Source: Mustelus asterias (lineage: Eukaryota). From it: a stretch of DNA of 64,000 bases. Positions 37,134-49,813 of the stretch are shown here, in pieces. The notes beneath the pieces were generated by a model. The model made no database searches. It saw only the letters and a program-made list of their open reading frames with translations, and had not been told where the DNA came from. The stretch covers positions 806,001 through 870,000 of the forward strand of contig NW_027590164.1 in assembly GCF_964213995.1 (NCBI RefSeq), read 5' to 3'. Position 1 is the first letter of the stretch; each line of letters opens with the position of its first letter. The translations under genes were made by a program, and so were the position numbers.

Positions 37134-38250
37134 GTGATGTTGTTTCCTATTGCCCAATTCGCAGGTTCTGTTCATTTCTTCCCGCTACAGACGGGGGGAT
37201 TGGTTCACATGGGGCTTGGTTTGAGAATCTGAGTACAAACTGCAGGGAATCTATCATCACAACACGCTCACTCGAAAAACAGCTTTCAAAAGGGTTGACT
37301 TGGAAGGGGACATTCATTTTATCATCATTCACCTGTTCAAGAGACCCCACAATTGCCCATTCAGGCAGTTGAGGCAGTTGGCTGGATGTTTCTGTTTATT
37401 CATTGACGAGATGTGGGTGTCTCTGGCTCGGCCGGCATTTATTACCCATCAGTAATTCCCTTGAGAAGGTGGCGGTGAGCTTCCTTCTTGAACTGCTGCA
37501 GTCTATTGGTATAGATACATCCATAGTGCTGTTAGTGGCGGGGGAGCGGTTATTCCAGGACCTTCTTCCAATGACGATGAAGGTTCAGCGATACATTTCC
37601 AAGTCAACATTGTGATCGGCATGGAGGGGATTCTCCTCGTGATAACGGTCTTGGGTTTGCAAAGTGCTGTCTAAGGTGTATTTGGTGAGTTCCTGCACCG
37701 ATCAGGCAAGTGGGGTGTATTCACTCACATTCCCGAGTTGTGCCTTGTAGTTGGTGGACATGTTTTGGGGAGTCAGGTGAGTTATTCGCCGCAGGATTGC
37801 CAGCCTCTGACCTGTTCTTGTGACCACTGCACGAATTGATAAAATGTGTGTTGAGTCAAAATAGGAGCATCACTTTTCCTGCTCAGTGTGCAGTGGATAC
37901 TCAGCACTTCTATTTCATTTTTTTCTGAATGCATATTGAGGCATATGTAAGAGCTAATGTCATATGCATGCACAGTATTACATTCAAGTAATATTCGAGT
38001 GTTGATTCTCTGAGGGGAATGGTTACTGGTTTGGCAGTCTTATAGTCTTTGGACAGCAGTTTGAATTCCACCCCGGCGGGTTAACTCAGCAACTCAATTC
38101 AAGGGCAATTAGAGGTGATTGTAAATGAAGGAAGACAATCTCAATGATGGACCTTTTCCTCACAAGTAAACGCAAAATTTTGACAAAGTTTCTACCTGAA
38201 ACTTTCGAAACGTCGGGCCAATATGCAACAACTGTCATGTTTTCACATGT

Positions 38251-38323
38251 GGGCCAGTGGCGCAATGGATAATGAGTCTGACTACGGATTAGAAGATTCC
38301 AAGTTCGACTCCTGCTTGGCTCG
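38251..38323 (+). tRNA. tRNA-Arg(ACG), mutated (probable pseudogene)
   Basis: 73 nt, several substitutions relative to the copy at 49741 in the D, anticodon and T stems. Confidence 0.8.
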
Positions 38324-38451
38324 GTGCAAACGTTTAAATGATGAGTACAGAGCAAAGATAAAATTGCTGTAAAACCGAGATTTAAGTAATGTTCAGCAAC
38401 TAACTAAAATCGTATAAATGACCCACACTATACATGAGAATGCTTAATTAA

Positions 38452-38516
38452 TGTTTCGGCCCAGTTTCAAACCGGGGACTTTTCGTGTGTTGGGCGAACG
38501 TGAGAATCACCACACT
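38452..38516 (-). pseudogene. tRNA-Val pseudogene (5' end lost)
   Basis: Reverse complement resembles vertebrate tRNA-Val GTTTCCGTAGTGTAGTGG...GGAAACA. Confidence 0.7.
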
Positions 38517-39065
38517 TATCTCTTAAACAAAATCAAGTACCTTTAAAAGGAACAGATTTAAGAATGATCTACCAGTTATAGTCGATGCCTCTTTATTCTG
38601 TCTGTGAAACATTCTGGCGCCTAAATCTCGTTCATCTATCGGAAGTCCAGCAGGTCCGCACTGATTCTCGATTTCCTCATCGGTCTGAATGGTTTTTACT
38701 ACTTCTTTATTGCGAAGAGAAATTCTAAAAAGATGCGTGTGGGAAATGTGCACCATTTACGATTTCAATTATGTCTGTCTTTTTGAGCACACAATACTAT
38801 TAGACATGTTTCAGATGGTGATTAACTATGTTGGTCTTCAACTATAAACACATTAAATTCTTTTGTGGACTGAACGAGTTGCGAATACGTGTAAAAACAA
38901 GTCATTTATTTCCAGCCATTGCTTCCCAAAATACGGCATTTCTGATTCTCCTAAATTGATTTGAGGCCGATGGCAAAGGCAACATAACATTGGATTCGCA
39001 TGAGGTTGAGCAATGAACATACACCATGCAGACTTTTCTCACGCTTCATGAGAAAAATCCAACAG

Positions 39066-39138
39066 TGTTTCTGCCCGGTTTCGGGCCGGGGATCTTTCGT
39101 GTCTAAGGCGAACGTGATAACCACGACACTACGGAAAC
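39066..39138 (-). pseudogene. tRNA-Val-body pseudogene (anticodon reads TAG, T loop GGCCCGA)
   Basis: GTTTCCGTAGTGTCGTGGTTATCACGTTCGCCTTAGACACGAAAGATCCCCGGCCCGAAACCGGGCAGAAACA. Confidence 0.85.
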
Positions 39139-40307
39139 AGCTAACAGCAAGCTACAGCAGATATAAATCGGCCTGTTTGCGATGTTCAACTTCGCTGTGT
39201 TGCTGCAGGTTCCAATGGTTAGACTGAGAGTCCATGTCACTTTATTCAGGAAGATAACCGTGACTTTAAATCTGAATGCTCAACTTATCTTGAACTTCAA
39301 AATTTAAAAGGGCTCGCCTCGCAAATATCTAAGGGAGCAATGATTTCTGCCCATTCATTAATGCATAATTCTCATCTTCCTTCCAATAATTTCAAACAAT
39401 TGTACTCAGTAATAAAAGCAAATTGCTGCGGATGCTAGAATCGGAAACCAAAACAGAAAATGCTGGAAAATCTTACAAGGCCTGGCAGCTTCAGTAAGGA
39501 GAGAAAAGAGCTGATGTTTCGAGTCCAGATGACACTTTATCAAAGCTCATTGTACAATTGTACTCAGTATTTGTTTCAATATTTAATATCAATGCATAAT
39601 TTAACACATATGTCTTCATTATGAATTGAATATCTCTGAAATTGAACATCACTGAATTGCAAACATAACTGACCAACAGAATGAAGCGAATCACCGGGTA
39701 ATACAGATCGCAAATTTGAGATTGACTATGGTCAGCTTTTAAACAAAGTCAACTCCATTTAAATGGAGGAGAATCAAAAATTATCTGTTCGTGACACTTG
39801 AGCCTTTTTTATTATGGGTGTGAAACATTCAGGCGCATAAATTCCGGCCCTTTACAGGAACGTCCAGTAGATCCGCGCTGAGTCTCGGTTCCCTCATCTG
39901 TCTGAGTGGCTTTTCCTGTTTCTTAGTGACGAAAAACCATTTAAAAAAAGATTCTTCTGTGAAATGTGCGCCATTTCCTCTAGTTCACTTACAGTAACAC
40001 TTGTATCTGTCTTTTTGAACACACACTACTATCAGATATTTCAAATGGTGATTAACCATATTAGTCTGCACCTATAAACCCATTAAATTCTGTTGTAGTC
40101 TGAACGGGATGCGAATAAGTGCTCGGTGTCAAAATCGAACTTTCCTGTCAGTGCGTCAGAAAAAGTCGTTTCTTATTTCACAGAAAACACTTGAGAGTGA
40201 TGCCAGAGCAGTGATAACATGCCTTGAACATCGGGTTTCGGATAATGTTGAGCAATTAACTGAAATCAAGCAATTTTCCCTTACCTGACCTGAGAAAGCT
40301 GAATGAA

Positions 40308-40380
40308 TGTTTCTGTGCGGTTTCGAAGCGGGGACTGTTTGCGTGTTACAGGAACGTGATAACCACGATACTACAGAAAC
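40308..40380 (-). pseudogene. tRNA-Val(AAC) pseudogene
   Basis: 73-nt Val body with disrupted anticodon and T stems. Confidence 0.8.
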
Positions 40381-41549
40381 AGCTTAAAACACGTTAGAGT
40401 AAATCTGCCTGTCTGCAATGTTCAACTCCGCTGTGTTGCTGCAGGTTCCGATGGTGAGACTGAGAGCCCATGTCATTTAATTCAGGAAGATAACCGTTAC
40501 TTTCAATCTAATTGCCCAGTTTATCTTAAACATCAAAATTTAAAAGGGTTCGTCCCGCAAATATCTAAGGGAGCAATGATTTCTGCCCATTCATTAATGC
40601 ATTATTCTAATCTTCCTTCGAATAATCTGAACCATTTGTACTCAGTAATAAAAGCAAATTACTGCGGATGCTGGAATCGGAAACCAAAAGAGAAAATGCA
40701 GGAAAATCTCACAAGGTCTGGCAGTAAGGATAGAAATTAGCTGACATTTCGAGTCCAGATGAGACGTTGTCAAAGCTCATTGTACAATTGTACTCAGTAT
40801 TTGTTTCAATATTTAATATCAATGTATTATTTAACACACATGTCTTCATTATGAATAGAATATCTCTGAAATTGAATATCACTGAATTGCAAACATAACT
40901 GACCAACAGAAGGAATCGGTTCACTGGGTAATACAGATCACAGTTTTTTTGATTGACCATAGTCATCTTTTAAACAAAGTCAACTACATTTAAATGGAAG
41001 GGATTGAAAAGATATCTGTTAGTTACGCTTGAGCTTTTTTATTATGGGCGTGAAATATTCAGGCGCATAATTTCCGGCCATCTTTTGGAAAGTCCAGTAG
41101 ATCCGGACTGAGTCTCCATTCCCTCATCTGTCTGAGTGTTGTTTCCTATTTCTTTGTTATGAAGAACGATTTTAAAAAAGATTCTTCAGGGAAATATGCT
41201 CCATTTCCTCTCGTTCACTTGCAATATCACTTGTGTCTATCCTTTTGAGCACACCCTACTATTGGACATGATTCAGATGGTGATTAACGATGTTAGTCTG
41301 CACCTATAAACCCATTATTTTCTGTTGTAGACTGAACATGGTGCTATTATGTGCATTGCGTCAAAATCGAAACGTTTCTTTCCTGTCAATGCGTCAAAAA
41401 TAAATCGGCATTTCTTATTTTACAGAAAACATTTGAAGCCGAGGTCAGAGCAATGATAATATGGTTGTAAGGTCGAGATTCGGATAATGTTCAGCAACGT
41501 ACTGAAATCATACCGATTCCCCCCACCCGACATGAGAAAGCTTAATGAA

Positions 41550-41622
41550 CGTTTCAGCCCGGTTTCGAGCCAGAAACTTTGCGTGTGTTCAGCGAATGTG
41601 ATAACCACTACACTACAGAAAC
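41550..41622 (-). pseudogene. tRNA-Val(AAC) pseudogene
   Basis: 73-nt Val body with multiple substitutions. Confidence 0.8.
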
Positions 41623-42468
41623 AAGAGACAGTACCACGCCTCCAATTCGCCTGACTACAATGTTCAACTCCACTGTTTTGCTGCAGGTTCTCATGGTTAG
41701 ATTTAGGGCCCATGTTACTTAATACAAGAACACATCCGTTACTTTCCACCTGATATCTCAACTCATCTTGAACTTCAAAATTCAAAAGCGTTCGTCTGGG
41801 AAAAGTCTATGGGAGCAATGATTCCTGCTCAATCATTAATGCATCATTATCACGTTCCGTCGAATAATTTCAACCAGTTATATCCAGTATTTGTCGTTAT
41901 TCAACATTTTATATCAAACATAACTGACCAACAAAAGGAACAGAGTCACCGGTTAATATATGTAACTAACATTCAGGCGCTTAAAAAATTCCGTCCATCG
42001 ATAGGAAGGTCCAATAAATCCGCACTAAGTTTCGACTTTCTCATTTGTCTGAGTGTTTTTTTTTCTATTATTTTATAATGGAGAACGATCTTTAAAAAGG
42101 AATGCTCCGGAAAATGTGTGCAATTTCCTTTAGTTCACTTACAGCATCACTTGTGTCAGTCTTTTTGAGCACTCACCACTATTAGACATGTTTCAGATGG
42201 TGATTAACTATGTTAGTCTGTATCTATTAAACCAACTAAATTCTGTTGTAAACTGAAGCAGATGCTAATATTTGCACGGTGTCAAAATAGGAACGTTTCT
42301 TTCCTGATATTGCGTCATAAAATTCAGCATTTCTGATTTTAGAGAAAGCATTTGAGGCCGAGGTCAGAGCAAAGATAATGTGGCTGTAACATCGAGATTC
42401 GGATAATATTCAGCAAGAAACTGAGATCATACAGACTTACCCTACCCCACATGAGAAAGTTTAATGAA

Positions 42469-42541
42469 TGTTTCTGCCTAATCTCAAACCGGGATCTTTT
42501 TTGCGTTGGAGGCGAACGTGATAACAACTACACTACTGATA
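42469..42541 (-). pseudogene. tRNA-Val pseudogene
   Basis: Degenerate Val body in the same flanking context as the other four. Confidence 0.7.
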
Positions 42542-42694
42542 CCGCCGGCTGCCGGTGTGTTGACAAATGTCTGTTTGGATTTTTTGGCCGAGTGCGTGTT
42601 TTAAAGCAGGGGAAGAACCCCTGGAAATTAATTCACGTAATTCAGGATGTGAAAGAGAGTTTGACAAACTCGACCAACATACATTTAGCGATGC

Positions 42695-42712
42695 CACCAC
42701 CGGGTGGCGTGA
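42695..42712 (+). promoter_or_regulatory. Candidate CTCF site
   Basis: CACCACCGGGTGGCGT, one mismatch to CCACCAGGTGGCG. Confidence 0.45.
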
Positions 42713-44224
42713 CTTTCATTGCGAAGTTTTCAAGTTGGCGCCTGAGAATCAATAAATGTCTTTTCTATTTGTCTCATTCAGTGAATTCACAGTGAGCAGA
42801 GAGCATGAGGATGCCACAGTAACTATGAAACGGACAGATGAAGTCAGCAATACCCATTGAAGGTCACTTGTGTTCCCTGCTGTTGCAGAGGTTGGAAATA
42901 GATATTGTTCAGCTGACATATGGAGAGATGGAATTAGGCGCATAGGAATAACAGAAAAATAGGCAGAGAAATCGACAGAAATGCAAGGACAATGACAAGT
43001 CAGTGAGAGAGTTAAGGGGAGGCACAGTGAGAAAAACAAATAGACAAAGGGAGAAGCAATGACTGAGATGGCAGCAGAAATTCAAGGAATATATGAAGTC
43101 AACAATACAAAGTACAATCTGAAATGGGAAAGGTTTATCCTGAAACATCTACCAGATTGAACTGAGATTGTAGAGCATCAAGCCACTGGTTCATTCAAAT
43201 AAGTTTAAATTTGGGGCACAGGTAAGGGCCCAGTTGGTTATGTAGAGAGTGGTTATCATTAACAATGGAATTTGATCAATGTAACAGAGTCCAAAACAAA
43301 CATAGTGGTCTCCTAACAAGTAAGGCAAATTATAAGGATGCTTGCAGATTTTTGAATTGGTGACTTATGATGAGAATAATGAAAGCCCTCATTCCCCAGT
43401 GCCATGCGACTTCTTGGTGGATTAGCTGCAGTGGTCATGAATACGTGATGCATGAGCTTCCTCTGTTGGTGCTGAGTGGTAAATGGCCTTCTTTCTGGAG
43501 ATTCAATGTATTCATTATCTTTTCAAAATATGTTTCTGCCAAACCTTTCCTGATTTGTATTATTGTTACTGTGATGCAACCTGTGGATTTTAGGACTCCT
43601 GTGAAATTGAATGCGAGTTGTTTTCTACATAGATAGTTTTGAAATTTGCCGTTGAGTGCAATGACGGTGGGTTCAATGCCTGTAATGTTTTGAGAACTGT
43701 CCCCAATTAACAAAGAAGACTTTTATTCCCAACCGCGGTCGCAGGCAATGGAAACATTCCCACGACCAGGACGTTAATTGTGTCGCAGCTTGAGGTATTT
43801 CCATTCACTGGTATCCAGCTCACCACCGACTGGTGGAGCCAGACCAGAAAAGCGGCATGATTGTCTTTTGGAAGAATGAGTCGAGTATGGTTCTGTGCTG
43901 GATCTGCCTGACAGATTGGATTCTGCAGTTTGTTTTCTCCATTGCGGCTGGAAAGAGTTAGGTGTCAGTTGCATCTGCGGTTAACTTGGTTTCCTCTGTT
44001 TGTGTTTGAGCGGCCGAAAACTCACTTAACATCTGGCCATGAGTCTCAGCAATCCTCAGTCGCCACGAGCTCACATCTCCAGTGTTAAGCAGGTTTCTGA
44101 ATGAGAGTGAGCCTTCTTTCTATCTCTGTGAGTCTGGACGCGCAATGATAAACGGCAGCATCAGTCAGGCTCAGATCAAATATACTTAAACTCATGAATT
44201 TATACGAGGTCTGGAGATAGACGT

Positions 44225-45337
44225 AGAGTCATGAAGGCACAGAGGTTTACAGCATGGATCTCCAGGCACTTCGGCCCAACTTGTCCATGCCGCCCTTTTA
44301 AAAATAAATCCAAAGCTATTTCCTAATCGCCCGCATTTGACCCATATCCCTCTATACCCATCTTACCCATGTAACTGTCGAAGTGCTTTTTAAAAGACAA
44401 AATTGTACCCGCTTCTACCACTACCTCTGGCAGCTTGTTCCAGACACTCACCATCCTCTGTGTGAAAAAACTGCTTCTCTGGACAAGTTTGCATCTCTGC
44501 CCTCTCACCTTAAACCTATGCCCTCTAGTTTTAGACTCCCCTACCTTTGGGAAAAGATATTGACTATCTGGATGATCCATGCCCCTCATTATTTTATAGA
44601 CCTCTATAAGATCACCCCTCAACCTTCTACGCTCTGGAGCAAAATGTCCCAGTCTATCCAGCCTCTCCTTATAACTCAAACCATCAAGTCTCGGTAGCAT
44701 CCTAGTAAATCTTTCCTGCACTCTTTCTAGTTTAATAATATCCTTTCTATAATAGGGTGAACAGAACGGTACACAGTATTCCAAGTGTAGCCTTACCAAT
44801 GTCTTGTACAACTTCAACAAGACGTCCCAACCCCTGTATTCAATGTTCTGAGCAATGAAACCAAGCACGCTGAATGTCTTCCTCACCACTCTGTCCACCT
44901 GTGGCTCCACTTTCAAGGAGCTATGAACCTGTACCTCTAGATCCCTTTGCCTTGTAACTCTTCTCAATGACCTACCATTAACTGAGTAAGTCCTACCCTG
45001 GTTCAATCTAACAAAATGCATAACCTCGAATTTATCTAAATTAAACTCCATCTGCCATTCGTGAGCCCACTGGCCCAATTTATCAAGATCCCGTTGCAAT
45101 CCGAGATAACCTTCTTCACTGTCTACTATGCCACCAATCTTCGTGTCAACTGCAAACTTCCTAAACATGCCTCCGATATTCTCACCCAAATCATGAATAT
45201 AAATGACAAATAACAGTGGACCCAGCACTGATCCCTGAGGCACAACGCTGGTAACAGGCCTCCAGTTTAAAAAACAACCCTCTATAACCACCCTGTGGCT
45301 TCTGTCATCAAGCCAATTTGTATCAATTTAGCTACCT
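44225..45337 (-). mobile_element. 5'-truncated CR1 LINE
   Basis: 322-aa ORF from PQGSVLGP to the CR1 C-terminus. Confidence 0.95.
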
Positions 45338-45354
45338 CCGACATAGCTACATTA

Positions 45355-45772
45355 GCTACATAGAAGCGACTTTTAAAAACATCTGCTTTATTTTCATAAC
45401 TATCAGTCTCTTTCCGCACTATAAACACAGGCTGCGTGTCTGGATGTTGTCGGTACCAGTACAACCTATCGTCGCTCTCTGCTCCTTAAAAGTGGAGTCA
45501 CAGGTGGACAGAGTGGTGAAGAAGACATTCAGCGTGCTTGGTTTCATTGCTACAGGTTAAAATCACGATCTCGCCTTCTCTCTTCACATCTGATGTGAGC
45601 GGCTGGATGACAGAATCTCCATGTCTCAAATATGGAAATAACAACACAGAAAATGGTCAGAAGGGCGTATGATTAATTTGTGGTCTGGAACCAAGCTCGG
45701 GAAACGTGTGAAACAGTGCAATGTTTTTTGCACGTAATTACCTGTCAGGAATGATCCCCACAGCAGCTGCAT
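45355..45772 (-). pseudogene. TCR alpha/delta-type V pseudogene 1 (leader, FR1, FR2-CDR2; 3' end lost)
   Basis: Leader MQLLWGSFLT G|GTAATT (45772-45742); FR1 GDSVIQPLTSDVKREGEIVILTC (~45621-45553); LYWYRQHPDTQPVFIVRK...KSRF (45464-45362); CDR1 interrupted by a CR1 piece; no YYC or RSS. Confidence 0.8.
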
Positions 45773-46349
45773 TGCCGCTGTCGCTCTGTAAAAGGGGAGC
45801 TGCGTGTTTGATTTTATCCGGTCTAATCCCAGCCTTCAATAATCAGCTTCCTTTTTTCGTATGTTCTCAGCTCCCTCCCTTCTGTCTCCAGTGGTGCTGT
45901 GTGACACCCAGGTGGTGAGATAACAGACAGTAACCAGACGCACCGTGAGCTGGATTAACATAATCATCCTTACAGAGATAACTTACACATTTAGCGATTG
46001 ACTTGGGGAAGAATGTAGAAAAATGGCGTACAGGAACATGGGAACAGCAGTAGGCCATGCTGTCGTTCGATTCTGCTTCGTCATTCAGTTAGATCAGGGC
46101 TGATCAGCCTGAACGCCACTTTCCCGCGCTATCTGCATAGCGCTTAATGCCATTAGGCTTCCAAAAGCTGTTGATTTTTTTGAACATGCTCAATAATTGA
46201 CATTCCACAAAAAACCCTTATTTTCTTACTGTGACCCGGAAGCTAATGGAGGCTAAATAGTTCTGTCCTTGCCTTTTTTTTCTCAATACGTCCATTAGCC
46301 TTATTATCAGGACAGTTTTAACAGTGATTCCAGTGAATTTTTTCTGTGT

Positions 46350-46630
46350 GTGGGACATGGATGCCACTAGTTGTCCATCGGTAGTTGAGATCAACCACAT
46401 TGTTTTGGCTTTGGAGTCACGTGTAGGCCAGACCAGGTAAGGACGGCAGATTTCATTCCCCAAAGTACATTAGTGAACAAAATGGGTTTTCCGACAATCG
46501 ACAATGGCTTCATGGTCGTCAATAGATTCTTAGTTGTTGATATTGTTTTCATTGAATCGGGTCCGCACAACATTCGCTGAGTTTCTGGATTAATAGTCTC
46601 AGGATAATACCCCTCGGCCATCGCCTCTCC
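46350..46630 (-). mobile_element. SacSINE1-like SINE
   Basis: Minus strand GTTCACTAATG...GAAATCTGCCGTCCTTACCTGGTCTGGCCTACACGTGACTCC...AATGTGGTTGA core. Confidence 0.65.
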
Positions 46631-46753
46631 TGTTGTGAATATCAGCAATACCGAAAATGTATAGAAGCACCACAGAGTGAATCATGCTCTATTTATAGCC
46701 CAATAATATTACCATTCTCTGGTCCGTTCATCTTGTCACTCTGGGGCAATGTT

Positions 46754-46792
46754 TTTTTTCATACCAGGCTCCCTCTGGTTTCTGTCACTGCG
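46754..46792 (-). other. 23-RSS of V2 (mutated)
   Basis: CGCAGTG + 23-nt spacer + ATGAAAAAA; the essential CAC is lost. Confidence 0.8.
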
Positions 46793-47051
46793 TCTCTCAG
46801 TCCACAGTAATACACCGCGCTGTCCGACAGCCGCAGCTCACACATGCTGAAATTCCCCTCGCATTTCGATGTCCCTATATATGCAGAAATAGTGTTACCA
46901 CACCCTTTGCGCTGGAAATATCTCCATAATAAGAGATATAGATCAAGAAGATGGGGGCTTTCTCCGTTCTTTTTGCTGGGAGCCTTCTCCCGGTCCTGGC
47001 GGTACAATTGAATGTAATATGCACCAGCTGCTGTGCCGTTAACCTATTGGT

Positions 47052-48031
47052 CACCGGGGCATGGAGTTTAAAAATTGGCGAGTCATATTACAGCTTTATA
47101 GCACGTTAGTTAGGCCGCACTTGGAATGTAATTTTCAATGTTGGTCGCCATACTACCAGAAGGATGTTGAGACTTTGGACAGGGCACAGAAAAGATTTAC
47201 CAGGATGTTGCCTGGCATGGAGAGCATTAAAATCATAGAAGCCCTACACTGCAGAAGGAGGCCATTCGGCCCATCGAGTCTGCACTGACCACAATCCCAC
47301 CCAGACCTTACCCCTATCTCCGTACATATTTACCCGCTAATCCCTCAAACGTACGCATCTCAGGACTCTAAGGGTCAATTTTTAGCACGGCCAATCAACC
47401 TAACCCGCACATATTTGGACTGTGGGAGGAAATGCGAGCACCCGGAGGAAACCAACGCAGACACGAGGAGAATGTGCAAACTCCACACAGACAGTGACCA
47501 AAGCCGGGAATCGAACCCAGATCCCTGGAGCTGTGCAGCAGCAGTGCTAACCACTGTGCTAACCACTGTGCTACCGTGCCGCCCATTCGCTATGAGGAGA
47601 GGTTGGAGAAACTTGGTTTGTTCTCAGTGGAACGACGGAGGTTGAGGGATGACCTGATACAAGTCTTCAAGATTCTGAGGGGCATGGATGGAGTGGATAG
47701 TCAGAAGGTTTTTCCCAGGGTGGAAGAGTCAATTACGAGGGGGCATAGGTTTAAGGTGGGAGGGGCAAGGCTTAAAGGAGATGTATGAGGCAAGTGTTTT
47801 ACACCGAGGGTGATGGGTGCCTGGAACACGCTGCCGGGGAGGCAGTGGAAACAGATACGATCGTGACTTTTAAGGTGCGTCCGGACAAATATATGAATAG
47901 GATGGGAATAGAGGGATATGGTCCCCGGAAGGGTAGCGGGTTTTAGTTCAGTCGGGCACCATGATCGGTGCAGACTTGGAGGGCCGAAGAGCCTGTTCCT
48001 GTGCTGTAATTTTCTTTGTTCTTTGTTCTTT
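47052..48031 (+). mobile_element. CR1 3' fragment with a nested minus-strand HE1/V-SINE (47230-47584)
   Basis: CR1 reading ...GMESI resumes as ..RYEERLEKLGLF after the SINE; (TTCTTTG)n tail. Confidence 0.92.
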
Positions 48032-49740
48032 GAATCCCATTCAAATTTCATCGCTGTAACCGGCTCCTTTGATATTGAGTCTCCAGTCGCGACACCGGCA
48101 GAAATTTAGGAATATTGAAAGTTAAGGTGTTATTCTATTGTAACTCATGACATCAGAGCATGGATCACATTATCATCAACAGCAAAGCGGAACTAAATTA
48201 CTGTCGACATCGCTTGCAAGAAGAAGTTTATGTCCCTTGCAGACTTACCAGGCAAAAGAGCTGAAACAGTGAGAAATGAATACAAAATGATCCCCAACAT
48301 GTTTGCAGCGAGTTTATTGCGGAAATAAACAGAATGGGTTCAATCTGTAATTGTTTGGGTGAAGATATTTACATATATATTCGGTCTCTCCAGCGATTGG
48401 TTAATTCCCAAACGAATCAACTGATGACTTCCCAATCATGTCCCTGATTCTCCAATTCATCCAATCAGCTCACAAACTCTTTGTTCTCCAGTTTATTACG
48501 TCAGAGCAGGGCCAGCGAATCAACGAAGTTGTTTTCCCCACAGCGGGACCGAAACGAGGATTCACCGCAATGCTGGCCCTTCAGCCAAGACAGCTTCTGC
48601 GGTGGTGGCAATGAGGGAAATGGTGAATGTTGTCCTTGTAACAATGTCGGGAGTTCCCATTCAAAATGTCGGGAGTTCCCATTCAATAGTCTGAATATTT
48701 TGCATATCCTTTTTCCCGTTATATGAAATTGAAAATATATACAACGAAGAACCAGTGTTCCAAAATACCCTTTTTGATTTTGATGCCCTTGCATTTAATA
48801 TCAGCGGGGTTCTTATCAAACATTTTGGAGGGCCGAAGGGCCTGTTTCCTGTGCTGTACTGTTCTCAACAGTGGGTGGGGGCGATGGCCGGGGAAGGGGT
48901 GTGCTTCCACAGGTTGATCTTCAGATTCAATGTCATCGAGGAGATCCATGTACCTGCCTAAAGAATGTTCCTGGAGACTCATCTTCTTTCTCAGGAAGTC
49001 CATGTCCACCTCAGAGTTTCTATTACCTAAATTGACCGCATCCAATCTTCTCGTAGGTAATGAGTTCTAGGTCCTGAGCACTTGCTGTGGATAAAATGTT
49101 GCTTCCAAATCTTCTTCGCCCGCGCCTTGCCCAATATCTTAAAATTTGCCCCTCCCCCTCTAAACTTGCCCTAATCTAGTCCACCTCGATTAAATCGCTC
49201 CTCAATCTCCTTCGCTCCAATGGACAACAATCCCAGCATCACAAACCAGAAACTTCTGGCTAATTTGAACTTTTCAAAATTAAACTTACTCCAAAGAAAT
49301 TCCTCCATCTGCTTTAACTGGAATTTGTCAACTTTTTAAAAACATTTCTGTGTATTTTGCTTCTTAAAATTAAACATGTTTAATCAGAGTTCATCAACTT
49401 TTTAGAAAATGTTTTCAACATTTTGAAAAACGTAATGTTTCCACGTATTTTTCGAGAAATTTCCAACTTTTTAAAAGGTAGCTGAAACATGCTAACATAT
49501 TTTTCCCAAATACTTTAACGAGAATTCGTCATTTAAAGAAACTATTTTTTTAAAAAAACTTAATTGAAACTTATCAGTAAATATTTTCTTAAAATAGTCA
49601 ACATTTTTTTGAAAAAATAATTAGCTAAGATAAATTTCTTCATAGAAGCTGATTGCATTTGGTCAACATCTCTCTGAATTGGTCCAAAATTTGTGTAAAC
49701 ACGTTTTTCATCCACGCGAATGTGGGGTTTGTGAACTAAC

Positions 49741-49813
49741 CAAGCCAGCCAGGAGTCGAACCTGGAATCTTCTGATCCGTAGTCAGACGCGTTATCCATT
49801 GCGCCACTGGCCC
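49741..49813 (-). tRNA. tRNA-Arg(ACG)
   Basis: GGGCCAGTGGCGCAATGGATAACGCGTCTGACTACGGATCAGAAGATTCCAGGTTCGACTCCTGGCTGGCTTG; canonical except G1-U72. Confidence 0.93.

Larger units (their letters stand above)
38430..42541. repeat. Tandem duplication array of tRNA-Val cassettes (spacing 614, 1242, 1242, 919 bp)
   Basis: Shared flanks (e.g. CAGATGGTGATTAACTATGTT, AGGGAGCAATGATT, CATGAGAAAG) recur in each unit. Confidence 0.9.
46754..48300 (-). pseudogene. TCR alpha/delta-type V pseudogene 2, split by a CR1+SINE insertion in FR1
   Basis: Leader MLGIILYSFLTVSALLP G|GTAAGT (48300-48249); GVATGDSISKEP (~48096-48032); YYIQLYRQ (W to L); LRLSDSAVYYCGLRD; acceptor AG mutated. Confidence 0.88.

Noticed and set aside
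39066-39138. Val-body tRNA with TAG anticodon as a mistranslating tRNA
   Set aside because: B box/T loop destroyed (GGCCCGA) and the anticodon stem is mismatched; pseudogene drift is more likely
43770-44170. Plus-strand Ig-like words (C...IHWY, FYLC, CGCAATG)
   Set aside because: In-frame stop, W-to-C distance about twice that of a V domain, no nonamer
49250-49640. AT-rich stretch with short TTTT/AAAA palindromes
   Set aside because: No clear periodicity or terminal repeats; treated as low complexity
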